57,796 bases of DNA from Pseudomonadota bacterium (GTDB lineage Bacteria; UBA10199; 2-02-FULL-44-16; JBDRGF01): assembly GCA_043818055.1 (NCBI GenBank), contig JBDRGF010000014.1, forward strand, positions 1 to 57,796. The letters run 5' to 3'. Shown piece by piece: positions 45,566 to 55,739 of the stretch (its first letter is position 1; the number at the start of each line of letters is the position of its first letter). The translations under genes were made by a program, and so were the position numbers. The notes beneath the pieces are model-generated. The model saw nothing but the letters and a program-made list of their open reading frames with translations, had not been told where the DNA came from and searched no databases.

Positions 45566-45642
45566 AATGTGCGTTCCTCAAAGCCGCCCCAATCGGGGAA
45601 GGGTTTTTGAAAAGCTCCACCCCCACAAAAATGGGAATGAAA

Positions 45643-46194
45643 TTATTTCTTTTTAAATTTCAATTCAAATATCCCGTTCTTGTAACTCTTCTCCATCCCC
45701 TCTTCTAAAACTGGGTAGGGGAGCAATATCTCCTTGTTATATTTCTTCTCACCAGAACTATTGAGGATCAACACATCCCCTTTGAGTTCGCATTCTACTT
45801 CTTCTTCGGACACACCAGGCATCTCTGCAACAATCTGAACCTTGTCATCCTCTTCAAAGAGATCCACAATAGGTTCGCGTGTATCCTCTACGACCGCACC
45901 CCTCGGGGTCTTTTTAATATTTCCAAAGGGTTCGACTATTGGTGCCTCTCGACCATCCCTTCCAATACCTGTGCGGACGGAAAAACCATAGACTCCCCTG
46001 ATATCCTTCATGCCTTTTACTTTAAACTCACCCTGCTTTTTCATCTCCCCGCCGGCCTCTTCCAACTTTTCAGCGAGATCGACCAACTTGCCAAACCCTT
46101 CAAACAATCCACCAAGACCTATCTTGCCCATACCAAAATCGAGTTCAAAAGGTTCTTCGGATTCCTTTTCTTTTTGCTTTTTCTTTTTAAACAT
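45643..46194 (-). CDS. Hsp20/alpha-crystallin protein (archaeal-type, GvpH-like)
   Basis: GVYGFSV..FGN..REPIVD..AEMPGV..YKNGIFE. Confidence 0.9.
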   Translation of the reverse strand: MFKKKKQKEKESEEPFELDFGMGKIGLGGLFEGFGKLVDLAEKLEEAGGEMKKQGEFKVKGMKDIRGVYGFSVRTGIGRDGREAPIVEPFGNIKKTPRGAVVEDTREPIVDLFEEDDKVQIVAEMPGVSEEEVECELKGDVLILNSSGEKKYNKEILLPYPVLEEGMEKSYKNGIFELKFKKK

Positions 46195-46203
46195 TTCGCC
46201 CCC

Positions 46204-46536
46204 TTAATAGTCGAGTCTGACTTTCTTCATCACACGCTTTCTGCCATCTTCATTTGATCTTCCTCTACGCTTGCTCTTTCCTGGTTTTTCATCTAATGCA
46301 GACATAATGCCAGGCCTTAATGACCTGGTCTTCTGATCGATATCATCTATTTGTTTCTCTATCTCCCTAAGGCGATTGGTCAATGCCTGCTTTTCCTTTT
46401 CCAGTTTATATTTATTCATCTGATGCACATATAGGTTTAAGTATGGAAGATTGACACTGCCCCCATTGGCTTTGGTCATGACGTGGCGTATGGACTTCAC
46501 GCTTCCTACGTGTTTAACATTGACCATCGTTTTCAT
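46204..46536 (-). CDS. Coiled-coil hypothetical protein coupled to gvpN
   Basis: 110 aa; ATGA overlap with gvpN. Confidence 0.75.
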   Translation of the reverse strand: MKTMVNVKHVGSVKSIRHVMTKANGGSVNLPYLNLYVHQMNKYKLEKEKQALTNRLREIEKQIDDIDQKTRSLRPGIMSALDEKPGKSKRRGRSNEDGRKRVMKKVRLDY

Positions 46537-47504
46537 GACCCAACCTCCTTATTAACTTTCTTAATCCCACGCCCACCTGTACCATTGCCACAATATTTAT
46601 TTATCGCCTCAGTCACAATCTTTCTTACCTTAGCACTTGTGGAAAGGCTGCCAATCCGCGAGGTTTCGGAGGTTAGGATGTCATGACAAATACTTTTGAA
46701 GATTATATCATGAGATGAGATCTGCACTTTACGAGAAGCAACAGCAACACTCTTAGCAATCATGATGCAAGCACGCACTGTTGGGGAAAATTCATATTGT
46801 CCTGAATCCCTTAAATTTCTAACGACCTTAACAATTTTCGCAACTTCACTCTTAGGTAACCTTGACTTCATTGAAGCAATAGCAATTTCTGACTCTTCAT
46901 CAAATGTCTGTAAATCCAAAGTAATCATCCGATCTCTTAAGGCGTCTTGAGAACGGTGTACACCTGCATACTCCTCAGGATTACTTGTAAATATAGCGGT
47001 AAATTGTGGATGCACCTTGACATAAGATTCTCCGTCCCTTTGGCCTGGAACATCTAGAATCCCCTCCTGTAATATGGAGAGTAAAATATTATTCGCCTCT
47101 GGACGTGAACGGGTAAACTCATCATATATCAAGGTGTAGCCATTTTCCACAGCCAAAGTCAGCCGATTGTCTGACCATCTTTTTGAGGCATCCTCCTCCA
47201 CCTTAAGAACGGAATGAATAAAGTTATCCCGCAACTTCCTTACATGATAACCAGTCTCCCCTCCTACTAGGTTTGTGGTAGTCATCTCTTCATCTCCATG
47301 GATCATAACCAATGGACGACCAAGACTTTCAGCAATGCGCAACGCTAATGTAGTTTTTCCGGTTCCGGAGATACCTCGTAAATGAATAGGGAAACCAGCC
47401 TTTATGTAATTCATCGTTCGACTAATAATGTCCTTCACAAAAGCGGTTTCTACAAAGTCTCTACTGGCTCTAGGTTCTATAAGAGTAATCGATTCGTTAT
47501 CCAT
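46533..47504 (-). CDS. gvpN: Gas vesicle AAA ATPase
   Basis: GISGTGKTT, DNFIHSV, YDEFTRSRPEANN, TSNPEEYAGVH. Confidence 0.96.
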   Translation of the reverse strand: MDNESITLIEPRASRDFVETAFVKDIISRTMNYIKAGFPIHLRGISGTGKTTLALRIAESLGRPLVMIHGDEEMTTTNLVGGETGYHVRKLRDNFIHSVLKVEEDASKRWSDNRLTLAVENGYTLIYDEFTRSRPEANNILLSILQEGILDVPGQRDGESYVKVHPQFTAIFTSNPEEYAGVHRSQDALRDRMITLDLQTFDEESEIAIASMKSRLPKSEVAKIVKVVRNLRDSGQYEFSPTVRACIMIAKSVAVASRKVQISSHDIIFKSICHDILTSETSRIGSLSTSAKVRKIVTEAINKYCGNGTGGRGIKKVNKEVGS

Positions 47505-47552
47505 AATTCACCTCCCGGCAAATGAAGAGGATATAATCCTCGGCACTTGCAG

Positions 47553-47918
47553 TTATATAATCCCACTGCCATGGCAAGTCGTGCAGGCTAAACCTGTTTC
47601 ATGATTCATTCCCGATCCACGACACACATCACAAACCTTCATCTTCCCCTTGTGATGCGAAACATAACCTCGCCCATGGCAACTTAAACATGTGTTTCTT
47701 GTTCCTGGTTCTACACCTGTTCCTTTACAATAAGCGCACGCTGAGAATGGTTTGAGAATATAATGTTCTTTTAAACCGTGACATACCGAACACGTGGCTA
47801 AAGGCGACATGATTCGAAAAGGATCTTTTCCCTTACCATTGCAAAAGACACAGGTAATCTTCTCTACATATTTCTTATGAGAGGGAAATTTAACCTCATT
47901 TTTAGCAGAATCACTCAT
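47553..47918 (-). CDS. Stand-alone DnaJ-type zinc finger protein
   Basis: Six CxxCxGx(G) repeats, no J domain. Confidence 0.85.
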   Translation of the reverse strand: MSDSAKNEVKFPSHKKYVEKITCVFCNGKGKDPFRIMSPLATCSVCHGLKEHYILKPFSACAYCKGTGVEPGTRNTCLSCHGRGYVSHHKGKMKVCDVCRGSGMNHETGLACTTCHGSGII

Positions 47919-47951
47919 AAGCCCCTATTGCTAAACATCAAGTAGACAGCA

Positions 47952-47976
47952 AGGTATCCGACCAAGTCGGATACCT
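47952..47976. terminator. Intergenic hairpin in gvp operon
   Basis: aggtatccgac-caa-gtcggatacct. Confidence 0.5.
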
Positions 47977-47991
47977 CACAGCTACCCAATA

Positions 47992-48630
47992 TCATTTTGA
48001 AACACGCCTTCTGCTGCGTTCCTTAGCTTGCTTCTTCTTTGGAGACGGTTTTTGTTTAGCACTAGCCTCCTCTGGAGACGTCTTCTTCTTCGGTATTGCC
48101 TTTATTCGACCACCGCCTTTGGACTCATCGTAAGAGGGAAAGTTTACTGCAGCACGATGCTTTTCTAATTCCTTCATTGCCCTCTGGAAATTTTGGTGTG
48201 CAGTCTTGAATTCATTGTGTGTCTTTATTTGCTCTTTATTGCACTGCCTTAAGAAGGTATCACATTCATCGCACATATTATTAACAAACGTCTCTAGCGA
48301 GTGATGCTGTTTCTTAGACATTTCACGGTGTCCCTTGGCGAAAGCCTTAAGCATCTGGACTGTGTCGTTACTTAAATCCTTAACAAACTTAGCCAAATTC
48401 TCTCGCTGCCCCTGAGCCATATCCTTATGATCATTGCGAGCATTGCGAACAAAAGCCCGGGCATCCTTAAGCACATTGTGGGTTTGTTCAAATAAATCAT
48501 TATTTCCAGACCTAATGTCTCGCCTAAGATTGTGTGTGTCAGCCATAATCCCCTTTACATCTTTGATCCTATTATCAAATGAGGAGACGAGGTGTTCACC
48601 TAAATTGGCCATTTCTTCTGCAAATCCCAT
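47992..48630 (-). CDS. Alpha-helical repeat protein, GvpC-like
   Basis: Recurrent helices (L.KFV.DL..T..ML..F...H..M); located between gvpA and gvpN. Confidence 0.6.
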   Translation of the reverse strand: MGFAEEMANLGEHLVSSFDNRIKDVKGIMADTHNLRRDIRSGNNDLFEQTHNVLKDARAFVRNARNDHKDMAQGQRENLAKFVKDLSNDTVQMLKAFAKGHREMSKKQHHSLETFVNNMCDECDTFLRQCNKEQIKTHNEFKTAHQNFQRAMKELEKHRAAVNFPSYDESKGGGRIKAIPKKKTSPEEASAKQKPSPKKKQAKERSRRRVSK

Positions 48631-48646
48631 ATTAATTCACCCCCTT

Positions 48647-49237
48647 TTAAGTTACATCCATATCAAACCCTGCACTACCTGTAGAAGCAGTCTGGGTTGT
48701 TGTTGCAATGGTAAATTCTTTTCGAATTCGATTCATTGCAACTTTGAACTCATTCACAGTAAGTTGTGATCCTTTGCTGAGAAGTGTTTTCAATCCCTGA
48801 AGTAATGAAGTCTGCTGATCGTGAAAAAATACTACAACCTGTTTTACCAGATCTATTTCACGCTCTATCTCACCCTTCAGATTACGAACAGCACCTAGAT
48901 CACATGCGTGTAAAGCTTCCTTTAGCTTGGTGGACAACACCTTCTGCCCGACAAGAAAACTATGGAGAGTTTCTCTAATCTGTTTTTCACAAACAGACTG
49001 AGGTTCAAGAGCATCGTGCATTAGAATATCAAAATCTTTCCTGCGCAGCGAATTCTTCACCGCCAGGATCTCCTTCAGTTCTTGACATATCTTTTCCCGA
49101 TCCTCCTTATAACGCTCCATCATCTCATATGATCCACTAATGAGATCAGAAATAGCAGCTACTCTCGTGCAGTAGGTTTCAACCAAGTCCTCGGTCATAT
49201 TACGCATTTGATCAAATTGTGCTGCCATTGAAACCAT
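48647..49237 (-). CDS. Alpha-helical hypothetical protein of gvp cluster
   Basis: 196 aa; SLRRKDFD motif; RBS present. Confidence 0.7.
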   Translation of the reverse strand: MVSMAAQFDQMRNMTEDLVETYCTRVAAISDLISGSYEMMERYKEDREKICQELKEILAVKNSLRRKDFDILMHDALEPQSVCEKQIRETLHSFLVGQKVLSTKLKEALHACDLGAVRNLKGEIEREIDLVKQVVVFFHDQQTSLLQGLKTLLSKGSQLTVNEFKVAMNRIRKEFTIATTTQTASTGSAGFDMDVT

Positions 49238-49351
49238 ATTCCCTCACTTCTTAAAATTTCAAGTCTTTGTCATTTGGCGAAATATGCTCTCCCTTTTAAT
49301 TGAAAAGGATATCCCGGCAAACGCCCGACTAAAACACAACTCAAAGAACAC

Positions 49352-49567
49352 TTACGCCGGGCTAGATGAAGTGGCAGTCAAACCAATTGCTTCTGCATAT
49401 TTCAAATAAGTCTCTACACCGGCAACTACTACACGAGCTTCCAATGCCAGGAATTCAATTCCTACCAATGAAAGTCTTGCCCATGCATCGATCACTATCC
49501 CCTTATCGAGTATGCGATCGATCACTTCTGCTAAACTTGAACTTGCCATTGTTTTTTCCACTGCCAT
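49352..49567 (-). CDS. gvpA: Gas vesicle structural protein A
   Basis: [52 protein letters not shown]. Confidence 0.97.
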   Translation of the reverse strand: MAVEKTMASSSLAEVIDRILDKGIVIDAWARLSLVGIEFLALEARVVVAGVETYLKYAEAIGLTATSSSPA

Positions 49568-49668
49568 ATAGCTACCCTCCCTTTTTTTAGCCTTCACTTA
49601 AGTACCGTCATGATACCTGAGCTGGCTAAATTATTCTGTGTCAATGAACTCATGTACTTAAACACTTA

Positions 49669-49878
49669 CTAATGTGCTGCTGTTGCTGTGAGACCGATAG
49701 CCTCCGCATACTTCAAATACGTTTCCACACCGGCAACTACTGCACGAGCTTCCAATGCCAGGAATTCAATTCCTACCAATGAAAGTCTTGCCCATGCATC
49801 GATCACAATACCCTTATCGAGTATACGATCGATAACTTCTGCCAAACTTGAACTTGCCATTGTTTTTTCTACTGCCAT
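49669..49878 (-). CDS. gvpA: Gas vesicle structural protein A
   Basis: Near-identical second copy. Confidence 0.97.
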   Translation of the reverse strand: MAVEKTMASSSLAEVIDRILDKGIVIDAWARLSLVGIEFLALEARAVVAGVETYLKYAEAIGLTATAAH

Positions 49879-50127
49879 GATTTTCACCCCCTTTCATTTT
49901 GGATTTGTACTTCTTATCATAAACTCGCAAGCTTCAATGTTTATCTCTTACCTTACTTATTTCTCTTAAACATAAAAGGTTCGGGGAAAATGTTTAAAAA
50001 AAGAGTTTTCATTGAAGCTTGCATTTTAAAGAATGGGCTTTTAGCTTTTTTTTCGCTCTTTGATGACAAAACCCATCTACTTTTTAATTTTTAAAGAACG
50101 TAAACGCCCCTACGATATTCGAACACA

Positions 50128-50143
50128 AGCAGGAAACGTGCCA
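50128..50143 (-). promoter_or_regulatory. Sigma-54 promoter of gvp operon
   Basis: TGGCACGTTTCCTGCT on the minus strand, ~250 nt upstream of gvpA. Confidence 0.85.
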
Positions 50144-50411
50144 AGTTACTCTCCTATTAAAAAAAACTTTATCAGTTAACTGGAAATGTTGATGATTAGA
50201 GGATATAAAACTTTACGATTTTTCAATCGGCTTCGGAAAGACAAAAAAATTCTTCTTAAGAATGGAGAAATCGGGAATCACTGCCTGCCCAAATCGGAAA
50301 AACATTCCTGCTCTTTTGAAGCAGAATTTACGGGTGTTCGTTTCGCCAGGCTTTTTTTACCAGCATCCCCACGAATACGCTCCCCCAATTTATCAACAGT
50401 ATTTACTTTTG

Positions 50412-51182
50412 TCATCTGAGTCTCCCCACCCTTTTCACCACCTCATCAGCTAAAGCAGTGTAATCCTCTGCACCATATGAGCGGGGATCATATTTTATAA
50501 TCGGTTCACCTGAGCTCGCTGCCTCTTTGAGACGCACATTATGACGAATTACAGATTTGAACATCATATCATCGAAATATTCCTTCATATTTTCTAAGAC
50601 CTCATGTGCAAACTTGGTCCGACGATCAAACATTGTAGCCAATGCAAAAACTTTTATGGAACGTTTTTTCTGAACATCTTTAACGAGCTCCAACATACGA
50701 CCAACGCCATGAAGCGCTAGAAAACTGGTTTCAATGGCTAAAATAACCGCATCAGAAGCGAGTAGAGCATTTTGGGTAAGTACACCTAGGGTTGGAGGAC
50801 AATCGATTATAGCAAAATCGTAATCACGCTCAATTTTAGAAAAACAATCCTTTAACCTTGTAAACCTCTTGGGCTGCTGAATTAGCCTTGCTTCATCATC
50901 CACTGATAGAATTTGTGAAGGCAACAGAGTTAGATTTTCAGATACCTGAACCCCTAACTTGGTAAGCGGAGTTTCAGGAGTGCGCGTCTCTAGCAACGCA
51001 TCAAACACATATCCCTTAGGTCCCAACTCCTCCACCCGCCACCAGGTTGAAGCTTGGGCTTGTGGGTCAAGATCAACCATCAAAACCTTGTGCCCTTTTT
51101 CCACAAGGCAAGCTGCCAAATTTACTGATGTGGTAGTTTTACCTGAACCGCCCTTTTGATTAGCAACCGAAATAGTATACAT
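50412..51182 (-). CDS. ParA/Soj-family ATPase
   Basis: NQKGGSGKTTT, DLDPQA, DCPPTLG, VRLKEAAS. Confidence 0.93.
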   Translation of the reverse strand: MYTISVANQKGGSGKTTTSVNLAACLVEKGHKVLMVDLDPQAQASTWWRVEELGPKGYVFDALLETRTPETPLTKLGVQVSENLTLLPSQILSVDDEARLIQQPKRFTRLKDCFSKIERDYDFAIIDCPPTLGVLTQNALLASDAVILAIETSFLALHGVGRMLELVKDVQKKRSIKVFALATMFDRRTKFAHEVLENMKEYFDDMMFKSVIRHNVRLKEAASSGEPIIKYDPRSYGAEDYTALADEVVKRVGRLR

Positions 51183-51338
51183 AGGTACCCCCTTTGTAAA
51201 AGTAGAGTACCGAGATACTTGGGCAGTAGTATATTTTCTAGAAAACCGGAGTACCTGGGTGCCGATATTGCATTTACATCTAAAAATCTTCTAGTTCGAT
51301 CAGTAACAAAATGTCAATCCCTAAACTTTTCCATTCTC

Positions 51339-52064
51339 CTACTCAAAATATGGACCAACATATGTAATCTCATCTTCATCAGCATCAAAGCCCGTTTGCA
51401 CCTTATTATTCTCTGAAAAAAAATCGTCGATTTCTTCTTGAGTGAGACTGGAAATCTTTGAGTCGTAGTTCAAAGATTGTTGTACGGAGATCTCAGTTTT
51501 GCGTAGTTCGCTGACTAATTTCAACGGCTGCCCACACTTTAGTTCCTTTTCTAATATACGTTTAACGGTATAGGGTTGTACCACCAACCATTTATCACTA
51601 GAAAGAAGCAGACAACTATATATAAAACTTTCTATACACACATTACTATCCAAACGACTCAATAATGAGTTGGCCTCCGGCAAAACCTCCCCAACAAAAC
51701 ACCAGAGGCGAATATTACTATCAACTCTCTGGCCTGGATAAAAATGTTTCAGAATTATCTTATTTTCTACTATCCAATCAACTTGTTGTAAAAAATCCGC
51801 GACAAATTTTGCGTCCAAAAATGAGCCCAACCTAACCAACACAAGAGACCCCCTATTATCACGCGCAACAATATCTATCTTGCCAACATTAAGAATCGGA
51901 AAATCATTATCAACAATTTCAATACCTGGTTCTATTAAAGACAATTGTTCGCTCAGTAGATTACAAACTGCATCAGGGCTGGGGCTCAATCTAGATTCTG
52001 CCATACACAGATGAAGTGATTCTGCTTGATCTAAAGTCATCTCTTTTGGACATACAAGTTTCAT
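51339..52064 (-). CDS. Hypothetical protein with degenerate PD-(D/E)xK (NucS-like) fold
   Basis: IEPGIEIVD..GKIDIVARDNRGSLVLV; the ExK residues are absent. Confidence 0.6.
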   Translation of the reverse strand: MKLVCPKEMTLDQAESLHLCMAESRLSPSPDAVCNLLSEQLSLIEPGIEIVDNDFPILNVGKIDIVARDNRGSLVLVRLGSFLDAKFVADFLQQVDWIVENKIILKHFYPGQRVDSNIRLWCFVGEVLPEANSLLSRLDSNVCIESFIYSCLLLSSDKWLVVQPYTVKRILEKELKCGQPLKLVSELRKTEISVQQSLNYDSKISSLTQEEIDDFFSENNKVQTGFDADEDEITYVGPYFE

Positions 52065-53029
52065 TCAAACACCATTTGTTCTAATGAAGCAAAGAAGGAA
52101 ACATCGGGATTCGAAGAGTTGGCTTGACGGCGTTTCCAATTAAGATGCTGTTCTCCAATTGACTTCGCCATTTCACAAAACTGTCTAGTAACAAAACTCT
52201 TGGGATGAAGTGAAACCACTGGCATACGTTTAACCACTGAGTTTTGAATGTAAAAATTTTGAGGTAGCCAGCCGAGTAACGACAATTCAACACTCTTAAG
52301 ATGTTTATTCACAATACTGACTAACTTTTTATGAGCGCTCTCAAGCTCTTCATCTTTTCTCACTTTATTTATCAATAACTTTATACAAACCTTACGATGA
52401 AATTTTGTAAGCGACTTTATAGTGGCATAGGCATCGATGAGAGCAGTTATGTCTGGATTGGTGACTAAAATAATCTCATGAGAAACACTCAGGAACCGCA
52501 TAACCTGTGGGCTTATGCCGGCAGAGAGATCCACAAATATCAGATCGAATTTCTTCTCTAATTCCCTGAACTGCCTGGCCAAATATCGAAAACGCCAGTC
52601 ATTAAGCTCGGCTAGCTCGCTAAACCCGGAACCTCCAGAAATTAGCTGCACCCCGTGAGGATCGGTAACCATGATGTCATCAATCTTCTTCTCACCAGAG
52701 AGCAGCTGGGATATATCGTGGGTGGGAGAAATCCCTAAAAGGAGATGGGCGTTGGCCAAACCAAGATCAGCATCAAACAACAGAACCTTACGACCCGCCT
52801 TAGCCATTAATATTGCAAGATTTGTAGTGACCACAGTCTTGCCGGTCCCACCTTTTCCACTAGCGATACAAATGACTTGTGCATTAGCAGGGGAAACTTT
52901 TGCAGAAATTTTAGGGAATTTTTGAGATGAAGAGACCTCAGGAGATGACCTGAGATCTTCAGGTTTTACTGAAGTCACATCGTAAAGAGAGCGTTTTAGT
53001 AGGTGGCGATTATTTAGTTTCATTAGCAA
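52061..53029 (-). CDS. MinD/FlhG(FleN)-family ATPase
   Basis: SGKGGTGKT, DADLGLAN, GGSG, DAYATIK. Confidence 0.9.
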   Translation of the reverse strand: MLMKLNNRHLLKRSLYDVTSVKPEDLRSSPEVSSSQKFPKISAKVSPANAQVICIASGKGGTGKTVVTTNLAILMAKAGRKVLLFDADLGLANAHLLLGISPTHDISQLLSGEKKIDDIMVTDPHGVQLISGGSGFSELAELNDWRFRYLARQFRELEKKFDLIFVDLSAGISPQVMRFLSVSHEIILVTNPDITALIDAYATIKSLTKFHRKVCIKLLINKVRKDEELESAHKKLVSIVNKHLKSVELSLLGWLPQNFYIQNSVVKRMPVVSLHPKSFVTRQFCEMAKSIGEQHLNWKRRQANSSNPDVSFFASLEQMVFE

Positions 53030-53174
53030 ACAGCGGATAGCGTTTATCGTATAGAATTTATCATACGATAAAGCATGCCCCCAACCTCCTCTTTTTTTCT
53101 GACTCTGGACGCTTCTGTCAAGCGATAAGATTGAAATTACTTGGCTTCATCTTTCACACCCTAACCGCTAGCTA

Positions 53175-54569
53175 CTACAATTTATATTCCTTCCTCTTGT
53201 TGTACAATGTCTTCTCATCAATTCCGAGACGCTTTGCCGCTTCTGATTTTTTTCCAGCTACAGCTTTCAATGCTTTTTTAATCAACGCTGTCTCCACCTG
53301 CCGCAGCGCAATTCGGGCGACCGCCCTCAAGGGCATATCCACAAATGATTCCAAGGAGATCATCTCTCCTCCTACTTTCTTTTCTCTTTTATTCCCACCT
53401 TTGATCTCTTCTGGCAAACAATTGACAACAATCATGCCATCTTCAGACAAGAGCATTGCCCGTTTAATAATATTTTTTAACTCACGAATATTTCCTGGCC
53501 AATCGTATGATTCCAGTAATGCCCGAGCTCCCATTGAGATGCCTTTCGTTTTAATATTCAGCCCGTCATTAAATTCTTTTATAAAATGATCTACAAACAA
53601 GGAAATATCTTCTCTTTGCTCCTTAAGTGGAGGAATATGAATCGGAAACTCATTGAGTCTATGATAAAGGTCTCTTCGAAACTGGCCACTCTTCATCATG
53701 GCTTCAATGTTGGCATTTGTAGCAGCGATGATCCGAACATCCACATCGATGGGTCGTTCGCCACCTAGTCTCTCTACGCACCTCTCTTCCAATACGCGAA
53801 GAAGCTTAGCCTGGGTATTCATACTGATATTGCATATCTCATCAAGAAATATAGTTCCACCATCGGTCAATTCAAACTTTCCTGCCTTAGACCTCACTGC
53901 ACCGGTAAAAGCACCCTTTTCATAACCAAATAGCTCAGATTCAATCAAGCTATCTGGCAGTGAAGCACAATCAATGGCATTGAACCTTTGATGGTTTCGT
54001 TTGCTATTATTGTGAATGGTCTTAGCCAGAAGCCCCTTACCGGTTCCGCTATCACCGGTGATTAAAACAGTTACATCACTATCAGCCACCGCCATTGCCA
54101 ACTTTATATTTTTTTGTTTTTTGCTGCTCTCACCGATAATTTTATTATATGAAAACTTCGAACTGACCTCTCGTCTGAGATCGCATACCTCATGCTCTAG
54201 ACGGACAGCCTCTATAGCCTTATCAACCATAATTACCAACTCATCATTGTCAAATGGCTTGGGCATATAGTGATGTGCTCCTAGCTTCATAGCTTCCACA
54301 GCGCTTTTCACACTCTCATGTCCGGTAAGAATAATCACTTGGATAGAGTGTTCTATCTCTTTTAATTTCTTGAGCACTTTTAAACCATCCATATCCGGAA
54401 GCATCAGATCTAATATAACCACATCTGGCAGTTCATTTTTTACCAACTCAAGAGCTTCACTGCCGGTAGAGACAGAATCCACCTGATAGTCAGCGCCCAG
54501 CAATACCTTCCCCAACAACATTCTCACATCTCTCTCGTCATCTACAATGAGTATCTTTCCTTTTTTCAT
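53175..54569 (-). CDS. NtrC-family sigma-54-dependent response regulator
   Basis: REC domain; GDSGTGK; ESELFG..GAFTGA; WPGNIREL; Fis-type HTH. Confidence 0.96.
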   Translation of the reverse strand: MKKGKILIVDDERDVRMLLGKVLLGADYQVDSVSTGSEALELVKNELPDVVILDLMLPDMDGLKVLKKLKEIEHSIQVIILTGHESVKSAVEAMKLGAHHYMPKPFDNDELVIMVDKAIEAVRLEHEVCDLRREVSSKFSYNKIIGESSKKQKNIKLAMAVADSDVTVLITGDSGTGKGLLAKTIHNNSKRNHQRFNAIDCASLPDSLIESELFGYEKGAFTGAVRSKAGKFELTDGGTIFLDEICNISMNTQAKLLRVLEERCVERLGGERPIDVDVRIIAATNANIEAMMKSGQFRRDLYHRLNEFPIHIPPLKEQREDISLFVDHFIKEFNDGLNIKTKGISMGARALLESYDWPGNIRELKNIIKRAMLLSEDGMIVVNCLPEEIKGGNKREKKVGGEMISLESFVDMPLRAVARIALRQVETALIKKALKAVAGKKSEAAKRLGIDEKTLYNKRKEYKL

Positions 54570-54573
54570 TTTT

Positions 54574-55731
54574 TCAAGCTCCTCTAGCTGTAAAGCTCTC
54601 CTTAACTGGAAGTTTTATGGTAACTATAGAACCTTTATCTTCTTTGCTTTCGAAATCTACAGTTCCACCGTGTGCGTTTATAATTCGATGGGCCACAGTC
54701 ATTCCTAACCCCGCCCCCTCTTCTTTTGTAGTGAAGAATGGTTCAAAAACATGATCAGCCACCAACTCAGACACACCTTTCCCAGTATCCTTAATAAAAA
54801 TATAAATGAACTCTGCATCTGTTCTATAGGTAACTTCTATCACAACATCTCCACCGACTGACACCACATCTATTGCGTTAGTTATGAAATTGAGTATCGC
54901 CTGGATAAGAGAACTCCTATCCAACTTTATCGATGGAATTGCAGGAGAGATACTCTTTGATAAGTTGATCTCCTTGTGATGACAACGAATCTTTATCATA
55001 TTACACACTTCGTCTATAATAGATCCAATATCAGCCATTTCGAAAGTAGGGTTCAAAGGTTTTGAAAAATCCATCAGATGTTTAACAGTTTGTGAACTAT
55101 TATTAGCACTATTTACAATGGCCTCCAAATTCTCTCTAAAATCACTGCTTAATTTAGGAGAACTTAACTTTCCCAACTCTTTAATACATAACTGTGCACT
55201 GGACTTGATTATCGCTAAAGGATTTCGTAGTTCATGTGCAACGCCAGCAGCTAAAAACCTCATATTTTGAGCTTTCTCAAGCTCTAGCAGGCGCTTTTCA
55301 TTATTTATTTCCTTTGTTACATCACGTATATACTTTACAATAGCATGATGATCTTCTTGATCCGAGTATAGGGGGAAAACAGTAACTTGAAAGATTCGCC
55401 TCTTTAATGGTTCTACTTCAAATGATCTTAGCAATGTTTGTTTCTTTCCATTTTCAAATAAACTGTGAATGAGACATCCTTCACATGGCTTATCAGTGCC
55501 GCAAAACAGTTCAAAGCATCTCTTACCCAGCACTTCGTGATAAGACTCCTTGCCAACCAACTCAATCAACGATTTATTAACTCTCTTTATTTCACGATTT
55601 TTATCAATGATAACTATAGCATCGGTATTTCCATCAAAGATATCCTGCAGATTCTTCTTGGCCTGCCTGATCTTGTATTCAAGCTCAGTAAGTTGTCCGC
55701 TTTCGCTATTTATATTTTTCAAATGATTCAT
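54574..55731 (-). CDS. PAS sensor histidine kinase
   Basis: PAS with KRCFELF..PCEGC; AHELRNPL; DTGKG; GAGLG. Confidence 0.93.
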   Translation of the reverse strand: MNHLKNINSESGQLTELEYKIRQAKKNLQDIFDGNTDAIVIIDKNREIKRVNKSLIELVGKESYHEVLGKRCFELFCGTDKPCEGCLIHSLFENGKKQTLLRSFEVEPLKRRIFQVTVFPLYSDQEDHHAIVKYIRDVTKEINNEKRLLELEKAQNMRFLAAGVAHELRNPLAIIKSSAQLCIKELGKLSSPKLSSDFRENLEAIVNSANNSSQTVKHLMDFSKPLNPTFEMADIGSIIDEVCNMIKIRCHHKEINLSKSISPAIPSIKLDRSSLIQAILNFITNAIDVVSVGGDVVIEVTYRTDAEFIYIFIKDTGKGVSELVADHVFEPFFTTKEEGAGLGMTVAHRIINAHGGTVDFESKEDKGSIVTIKLPVKESFTARGA

Positions 55732-55739
55732 GGATATAC

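Noticed and set aside
51242..51268. GCCGATAT sigma-28-like -10 on the plus strand
   Set aside because: Poor -35 and points antisense to the operon
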